From: Nitrospiraceae bacterium
GTDB taxonomy: Bacteria > Nitrospirota > Nitrospiria > Nitrospirales > Nitrospiraceae
Direction: 5' to 3'
Assembly (NCBI GenBank): GCA_041563795.1
Contig: JBFGRH010000001.1
Span: 1-30,893, forward strand
Length of the DNA: 30,893 bases
Of the stretch, positions 25,826-30,893 are shown one piece after another; within the stretch, counting starts at the first letter, position 1; every line of letters starts with the position of its first letter. The translations under genes and the position numbers were made by a program. Below the pieces are notes generated by a model, which did not search any database, was not told the origin of the DNA, and worked only from the letters and a program-made list of their open reading frames with translations.

Positions 25826-26574
25826 GAACGGGGTTTCTTTAGCCCGCACGAATTCGCGATGCCGTCCCGGAAGCGGAGCCAGAGCGACAGGCTCTTCCTG
25901 AGGCAGGCCAGGACCGCCCGCTGTTGAGCCGCGGTCACGGCGTGACCCACCACCATGTCGTAGGCGTCGTGCCGGTGCCCGGCCTCGACCGCCTGATGCG
26001 CGCGTATCAGGTCCATGGAGGCGGGCGGCACGCCGTGGTGGCGGACCAGCGGATGATCGGCGATGACGGCCTCGATCTCATCCTTGGACTTGGCCCGTCC
26101 CGGAGCCAGGATTTCGCGCCGATCCTTGACGCTGCCCTCGACGAAGATCGTGAGGGCGGCGGCCCCGATGACCCAGTCGCGGCGGTTCGACACGGCGTCC
26201 AGCCAGGCGCGGTAGGCGCGGCTGGCCGGCAACAGCCGCACCTGCTCGAAGTCCTTGGCGCTGAACCCCAGCCCGTCCATCATGGCGAGGAACAAGTCGG
26301 GGTGCGATTTGCCGAGGGACAGTCCGCCCGTGTCTTCCTCATAAATATTGTCGGCCAGCATCCGGCGGACCGGGGCCGGCGGATTGTGGCCGTGGATGCG
26401 GGCCAGGAACACCGGGAAGTCCCGCACGTACACGGCGTACTCCTGCTGGAAATGGATCTTGAGCTGGTTCTTCGTGAGACTGCCATCGGCGAATTGCGGC
26501 CAGGCCCAATGGTGCTTGCGGTCCATCAGGCCGAGCAGCTGTTCGCGGAATTGAGCGGCAGGGAAGGCCTTCAT
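25822..26574 (-). CDS. PqqC/TenA/CADD-like heme-oxygenase-fold (HDO) iron-binding protein (start 26574 or 26598)
   Basis: QQEYAVYVRDFP, NIYEE...KSH, IFVEG, and AHQAVEAGH (H-x3-E-x2-H) ligand pattern. Confidence 0.82.
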   Translation of the reverse strand: MKAFPAAQFREQLLGLMDRKHHWAWPQFADGSLTKNQLKIHFQQEYAVYVRDFPVFLARIHGHNPPAPVRRMLADNIYEEDTGGLSLGKSHPDLFLAMMDGLGFSAKDFEQVRLLPASRAYRAWLDAVSNRRDWVIGAAALTIFVEGSVKDRREILAPGRAKSKDEIEAVIADHPLVRHHGVPPASMDLIRAHQAVEAGHRHDAYDMVVGHAVTAAQQRAVLACLRKSLSLWLRFRDGIANSCGLKKPRS

Positions 26575-26632
26575 CGCGCGCCTTGCTTTCCTTTCCATCG
26601 CGTCGTTAGAATCTGCCGACCGACAAACGACT

Positions 26633-26917
26633 ATGGACCCCATTACGATTCAAAACCCCGACGAGATCCTTACCCTGCTGGCCGACGTCGCCTTGCGGGG
26701 GAAGGGCTTCACCACGGAGAGCCTGCTCGACCGTGTGCTGGATGAAGGGTTCATGGAACCCATCTATCTCAACGCGAGCGGGGAAGACCCCGACGCGTTT
26801 TACAAGGGCCAGCCGAATGCCTGGGCAATCTACCAGGTCCGCGAGTGGAAACGCGTGCTGACGGTCTCCGGTGGACCGGGCAAGGAGCGGCGCGTGCAAA
26901 TCACCGAAACACCCTGA
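26633..26917 (+). CDS. Hypothetical protein, 94 aa
   Basis: TAGAAT upstream; compact ORF divergent from the HDO gene. Confidence 0.7.
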   Translation: MDPITIQNPDEILTLLADVALRGKGFTTESLLDRVLDEGFMEPIYLNASGEDPDAFYKGQPNAWAIYQVREWKRVLTVSGGPGKERRVQITETP

Positions 26918-26966
26918 CCCTTCCGCAGTGTAGTAAGCACCCGTCGAAATTGCAACGAACCAGCGG

Positions 26967-26995
26967 TTGCGCTGGCGCAGGCCTGCACCTACAAT
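26967..26995 (+). promoter_or_regulatory. sigma70-type promoter of the DUF1499-DUF2007 pair
   Basis: TTGCGC, 17 nt, TACAAT; GGAGG SD downstream. Confidence 0.6.
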
Positions 26996-27027
26996 GATCC
27001 TGTGAGTTCACTCGTCCGGAGGCAGGC

Positions 27028-27480
27028 ATGCTTAAAGAGGTGATCCTGGGAACCCTTGGAGCGGCTCTCGCGCTGGCGGGGCTCACGACGCTCAAGTCCT
27101 GTCCCATGATCAACGTCGTCGAAACGGGCCGCACTCCGGAATACCCGGACCTCCAACCCAGGCAGTACCAGGTCCGCAAGGACCAGGTGTTCGAGGCCGC
27201 CTTGCGTGCCGTCGGGGCATTGCCCCGCTGGTCCGTGGTAACAACCAGTCCCGGGCAGGGGGAAATTCGTGCGGAAGCCACGACGAGGCTGCTTCGATTC
27301 GTGGACGACGTCGTGATTCGTGTCGAGGAACAGGCCGGCATGACGGTCGTCAACGTCCGCTCTGCTTCGCGCGTAGGCCGCAGCGACTTCGGCCAGAATG
27401 CCCGCAACGTGCGCGCGTTCTTCGATGAACTGGACCGCCAGATGGAGGACAGGGAGCACCTTCGGGCTCCCGGGCAGTGA
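27028..27480 (+). CDS. DUF1499-like exported protein
   Basis: IRAEATTRLLRFVDDVVIRV...VNVRSASRVGRSDFGQNARNV pattern; N-terminal hydrophobic segment. Confidence 0.88.
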   Translation: MLKEVILGTLGAALALAGLTTLKSCPMINVVETGRTPEYPDLQPRQYQVRKDQVFEAALRAVGALPRWSVVTTSPGQGEIRAEATTRLLRFVDDVVIRVEEQAGMTVVNVRSASRVGRSDFGQNARNVRAFFDELDRQMEDREHLRAPGQ

Positions 27481-27485
27481 CGCGC

Positions 27486-27722
27486 ATGGCCTTGGTGAAA
27501 CTGATCCAGCCCAGCGACCCCGGCGAACTGGCATTCGTCAAGAGCCTGCTGGACGGCAACGACATTGACTATGTCGTCCGCAACGAACATTTTGGCAGCC
27601 TCTACGCCGGCGTGGCATCGCTGGCCTGCGCGGTGATGGTGCAGGACTGGGAATTTAAGCGGGCTGCCATCCTGTTGAGCAAACTGCGCGAGGGACCGCC
27701 ATCGGATCCGGAGGCCGGGTAA
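27486..27722 (+). CDS. DUF2007-like small putative signal-transducing protein
   Basis: ELAFVKSLLDGNDIDYVVRNE...VMVQDWEFKRAAILL pattern. Confidence 0.8.
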   Translation: MALVKLIQPSDPGELAFVKSLLDGNDIDYVVRNEHFGSLYAGVASLACAVMVQDWEFKRAAILLSKLREGPPSDPEAG

Positions 27723-27727
27723 CGAGG

Positions 27728-28177
27728 CTAAGAACCCTGGGGTGTCGGGGCCGGCGCCTGTGCCGGTTCTTGCGAACGCAGCCGTTCGCGGGCGCCGTAG
27801 TACCATCCGCCGACGAGGGCATCCTCCTCGAAATAGAGGTAGTGGTGCTTGATCTTCGACGCGCTGATCCAGTCCTCAAAAATCCATTCTTCACGCCGGA
27901 TGCCGTCGTCCGTATAGGTCACGTTGATGGTGTAGGGGGAGCCCCAGGCCTCCAACACTTGTTGTTTCGTCATCCCGACCATGACTTCCCCGCGGGCTAT
28001 GTGTTTTTCAAACGTGGGATCCAGCAGGCGCGGGAGAAACCGGAAGGCCAGCATGCTGATCAGGAACAGGGCAAAAAACGCGTACACAGTCAGGCGCACG
28101 GGCCGCCGGCACAGGAAGGGTGTGTCGTCGTCTGACGTGTCCGAGCGTGTTTCTTCGGGATGGTCGGTCGAAGTCAT
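27728..28177 (-). CDS. Membrane-anchored protein with SmpA/OmlA (BamE)-like segment (start 28177 or 28183)
   Basis: One TM (VYAFFALFLISMLAF); VGMTKQQVLEAWGSP...EEWIF...YLYF. TAGCAT 7 nt before ATG at 28177. Confidence 0.7.
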   Translation of the reverse strand: MTSTDHPEETRSDTSDDDTPFLCRRPVRLTVYAFFALFLISMLAFRFLPRLLDPTFEKHIARGEVMVGMTKQQVLEAWGSPYTINVTYTDDGIRREEWIFEDWISASKIKHHYLYFEEDALVGGWYYGARERLRSQEPAQAPAPTPQGS

Positions 28178-28205
28178 GGCCATGATGCTATGGGAGTCAG
28201 TGTAG

Positions 28206-28574
28206 ATGGTCGTCGAGGTTGAAAGCAATCCCAACTGCGAGAGCAGCCTCTATGCCCGCTTCAAGGATTCGGGCCCGGTCCGGCGCGTGGAGCAGGTCCG
28301 GACGTTCGAACGGCGGGCGGAGGGCGAATGGTGCTGGGTGACCGGGTGGACCGACGATCCGGAGAATCCCCGCTGCGCCGCCCATGGGCAACTGGTCGAG
28401 GATTCCGGTGCCGGTCTGACCTACGTGGTGTTCGGCGGCCTCTGGGGCATCAGGCTGAAACCTGTCGGGCTGGATGAGGACTGGAACCTCGAGAGCCGGA
28501 ACCAATGGGGTGAACCGTACCTGGCGCTGGCGGACCAGCGCGATATCCGCTATGCGGAGCAGACGGGCGGCTGA
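28206..28574 (+). CDS. Hypothetical protein, 122 aa
   Basis: GGGAG SD; Trp/Gly-rich beta-like ORF with 3 Cys. Confidence 0.72.
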   Translation: MVVEVESNPNCESSLYARFKDSGPVRRVEQVRTFERRAEGEWCWVTGWTDDPENPRCAAHGQLVEDSGAGLTYVVFGGLWGIRLKPVGLDEDWNLESRNQWGEPYLALADQRDIRYAEQTGG

Positions 28575-28616
28575 GGGCGCGTGCAAGTCGGCCGGGATCG
28601 AGAGAACGTTTATCGC

Positions 28617-28738
28617 AGGATGGTCAAAAAGACCGTTCAGCGAGGCCGCAGCGAGCGAGGAGTCGAGGCGTGCTTTGTTCTGCACGTTGAGGCTCCGAGC
28701 GATGCGAGAACGACGCTGGCGGTCTTTTTCAACATCCT
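28617..28738 (+). repeat. Dispersed ~122-bp palindromic repeat (MITE/REP-like), copy 2
   Basis: TIRs AGGATGGTCAAAAAGACC / GGTCTTTTTCAACATCCT; colinear with the reverse complement of 17475-17595; lies between convergent genes. Confidence 0.9.
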
Positions 28739-28739
28739 G

Positions 28740-29537
28740 TCAGTCGGCGTACTTGGGGACGGGGATTTTCTTGGCGGGCTTGGGCGGCGCCACCCGCGTG
28801 GCGAATTCGTTCGAGAAGGGGTTCAGGACCGGTTCGTGCGTCAGCCGTTGCTTCTCCCTGACCGTTTTCAGACTGTGGACGCCGATTTCCACGCGATCGA
28901 TGAGCACCTGCGGGGTCAGAAATTCCGGCAGGCCCTGCAGGGCGAACATCTGGAAGGTCAACGACCAGTCGAGCCGTTCCCGGTTCGGCTCCCTCACGAT
29001 GGCCCGCGCCGCGGCTGACGGGGCGCCCTTGAAGACCAGCACCATGATGTTGGAACGGAAGGCCGGGGCGCTCGGTTCCGTGGGCGGTTTGAGTTCCGGC
29101 ACGAGCGCGGGGATCTTGACGATCGGCACCGGCGGGTTGAACTCGATATCCACCAAATTGACCCACATCATCGGCGAGATGGAAATGTCCTCGGGGTCCG
29201 TCACGTAGGCGAAGGAATAGCGCACGTCCACGCCGTCGCGCTTGTACGTATAGACGTCCTCCCCGTTTTGCGGACCGACCTGTCTCTTGTAGGACTTCTC
29301 CCAGTCGGCAAAGGGGTAATAGCGGTAGAACCGGAGGGCCGACTTCTTGTCGCGGACCGCTTGCGGAGGACCGAGCTTCTCCCGCAATTCCGCCTGGGTC
29401 AGGCCCAGGTAGCCGTCCCCGAGGACCGCGGTCGCGAAGGCTGCTCCGGAAGGCGCGAGCAGAACGGCGAAGGCGGCAAGCGACACTAGAGATCGGAAAA
29501 AACAGCGTATCAATGGCACCTCGATGAGCCAATTCAT
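28740..29537 (-). CDS. Exported hypothetical protein (true start probably slightly downstream, e.g. GTG 29519)
   Basis: Signal peptide ending AAFA-TA; YLGLTQAELREKLGPP segment. The ATG at 29537 overlaps a TTGACA-18-TAGGAT promoter match. Confidence 0.75.
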   Translation of the reverse strand: MNWLIEVPLIRCFFRSLVSLAAFAVLLAPSGAAFATAVLGDGYLGLTQAELREKLGPPQAVRDKKSALRFYRYYPFADWEKSYKRQVGPQNGEDVYTYKRDGVDVRYSFAYVTDPEDISISPMMWVNLVDIEFNPPVPIVKIPALVPELKPPTEPSAPAFRSNIMVLVFKGAPSAAARAIVREPNRERLDWSLTFQMFALQGLPEFLTPQVLIDRVEIGVHSLKTVREKQRLTHEPVLNPFSNEFATRVAPPKPAKKIPVPKYAD

Positions 29538-29575
29538 CCTAAGAGATCGCGTAAATTCTTGTCAATGACCGTAAC

Positions 29576-29604
29576 TTGCGCCGCTATTGAGCATCCCGTA
29601 TGAT
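29576..29604 (+). promoter_or_regulatory. sigma70-type promoter of metH
   Basis: TTGCGC, 17 nt, TATGAT. Confidence 0.6.
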
Positions 29605-29660
29605 GACCGGAACAGTTTTCGGAGAATCCTAAGCGGATCAGAGGGTTAGGCGGTTTTGCG

Positions 29661-30893
29661 ATGAACAAGGTCAACTCCACCGAAGGCGCAGGGCAACTCG
29701 AGGCTCTGATCCGCCGGCGCATTGTCGTTTTGGACGGGGCGATGGGCACGATGATCCAGCAGCGCAAGCTGGACGAGGCCTCGTTCCGTGGCCAACGGTT
29801 CAAGGATTGGAAGAAGGACCTCAAGGGGCATAACGATCTCCTGAACCTGACGCAGCCGGAGATCATCGTGGAGATCCATCGCCAGTACCTTGAGGCGGGC
29901 GCCGACCTCATCGAGACGAACACGTTCAACTCGCAGGCAATTTCGCTGGCCGACTACGGGATGGAATCGCTGGGCTACGAGTTATCGAAGGCCGGCGCCG
30001 ACTGCGCGCGCCGGGCGGTGGAAGACGTCCGCGCCAGGCAGAAGGACCGGCAGTGTTTCGTGGCCGGCGCGATCGGCCCGACGACGAAGACCTCGTCCAT
30101 CTCCACGGATATCAACAGCCCGGCATCGCGGGGAGCGACCTTCGATGAACTGGTGGCGGCCTATCGCGACCAGGCGCGGGGCCTGCTCGACGGGGGCGCC
30201 GATGTGTTGCTGGTCGAGACCATCTTCGACACGTTGAACGCCAAGGCGGCCTTCTTCGCCATTGAACGGGTGTTCGACGAAACCGGGCGGCGCGTTCCGC
30301 TGATGGCCTCGGTGACCTTCATCCAGGCCGGCAGCAACCGGGGCGTGACGGGACAGACCGTCGAGGCCTTCTGGAATTCGATTTCCCACGTGCCGCTCCT
30401 GAGCGTCGGGATCAACTGCGCCCTGGGGCCGCGCGAGATGAGGCCGCTCATCGAGGAGCTGTCGCAGATCGCGCCGGTCTACGTGAGCAGCCATCCCAAC
30501 GCCGGCCTGCCGAACCCGCTCCTGCCGACGGGCTTTCCGGAGACGCCCGACAGCCTTGCGCCGCAGCTACAAGAATGGGCACGACGCGGGTGGCTCAACA
30601 TCGTCGGCGGCTGCTGCGGGACCACCCCCGCGCACATCAAGCTGATCGCCGAGTCCGTCCGTGGACTGCCTCCGCGCACGATTCCGACCATCGAGCCGCT
30701 GACGCGGCTGAGCGGGCTCGAGGCGGTCACGATCAGGCCCGACTCCAATTTCGTGAACATCGGGGAGCGGACCAACGTGACCGGCTCGCCCGCCTTCTCG
30801 AAGCTGATCCTGACCGGCGACTACGACCAGGCCCTGTCGGTGGCGAGACAGCAAGTAGTGGGCGGCGCGCAGATCATCGATATCAACATGGAC
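29661..30893 (+). CDS. metH: Cobalamin-dependent methionine synthase, N-terminal part (3' truncated; absent from the ORF track because there is no stop in the window)
   Basis: My translation: VVLDGAMGTMIQ, KGHNDLL, AGADLIETNTFN, LLVETIFDTLNAKAA, GINCALG, HPNAGLPN, IVGGCCGTTP, FVNIGERTNVTGS, GAQIIDINMD. Confidence 0.97.
   Translation, partial: MNKVNSTEGAGQLEALIRRRIVVLDGAMGTMIQQRKLDEASFRGQRFKDWKKDLKGHNDLLNLTQPEIIVEIHRQYLEAGADLIETNTFNSQAISLADYGMESLGYELSKAGADCARRAVEDVRARQKDRQCFVAGAIGPTTKTSSISTDINSPASRGATFDELVAAYRDQARGLLDGGADVLLVETIFDTLNAKAAFFAIERVFDETGRRVPLMASVTFIQAGSNRGVTGQTVEAFWNSISHVPLLSVGINCALGPREMRPLIEELSQIAPVYVSSHPNAGLPNPLLPTGFPETPDSLAPQLQEWARRGWLNIVGGCCGTTPAHIKLIAESVRGLPPRTIPTIEPLTRLSGLEAVTIRPDSNFVNIGERTNVTGSPAFSKLILTGDYDQALSVARQQVVGGAQIIDINMD

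Noticed and set aside
29605-29660. SAM, SAH or cobalamin riboswitch in the metH leader
   Set aside because: The leader is only about 50 nt with a weak 5-bp CCTAA/TTAGG stem; I see no conserved core of SAM-I/II/V, SAH or B12 riboswitches. An Infernal/Rfam scan would settle it.

Overview
GC-rich bacterial chromosomal window, densely coding, with about 45 CDS. I saw no rRNA, tRNA, CRISPR array, integrase or transposase. Gene content and a dispersed ~120-bp repeat suggest Nitrospirota (inference, not a database result). The centrepiece is a tightly coupled 8-gene minus-strand operon (6814-11841): thiS-like Ubl, cysK, E1, thrC-like PLP enzyme, moaD/cysO-like Ubl, stand-alone NIL, second E1, JAMM/Mec peptidase. 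It has two sulfur carriers that both end in a masked GG-R, two rhodanese-less E1 enzymes and two PLP enzymes, suggesting a dual ubiquitin-like sulfur relay to cysteine and homocysteine. The thrC-like gene carries a 1-nt deletion at 9434/9435. Other points: two copies of a TIR-bounded repeat with compensatory base changes and tandem GA/GA motifs, one filling a whole 5' UTR; a ClpS with a Cys-substituted pocket; a CADD/PqqC-like diiron protein coupled to a Cys-less FGE-fold lipoprotein; an NxN pseudo-nucleotidyltransferase; Zn-finger-like microproteins; and several probably leaderless genes, including a divergent pair with overlapping -10 boxes. The window starts inside a CusA/CzcA RND gene and ends inside metH. 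Family names come from motif recognition by eye and were not searched.
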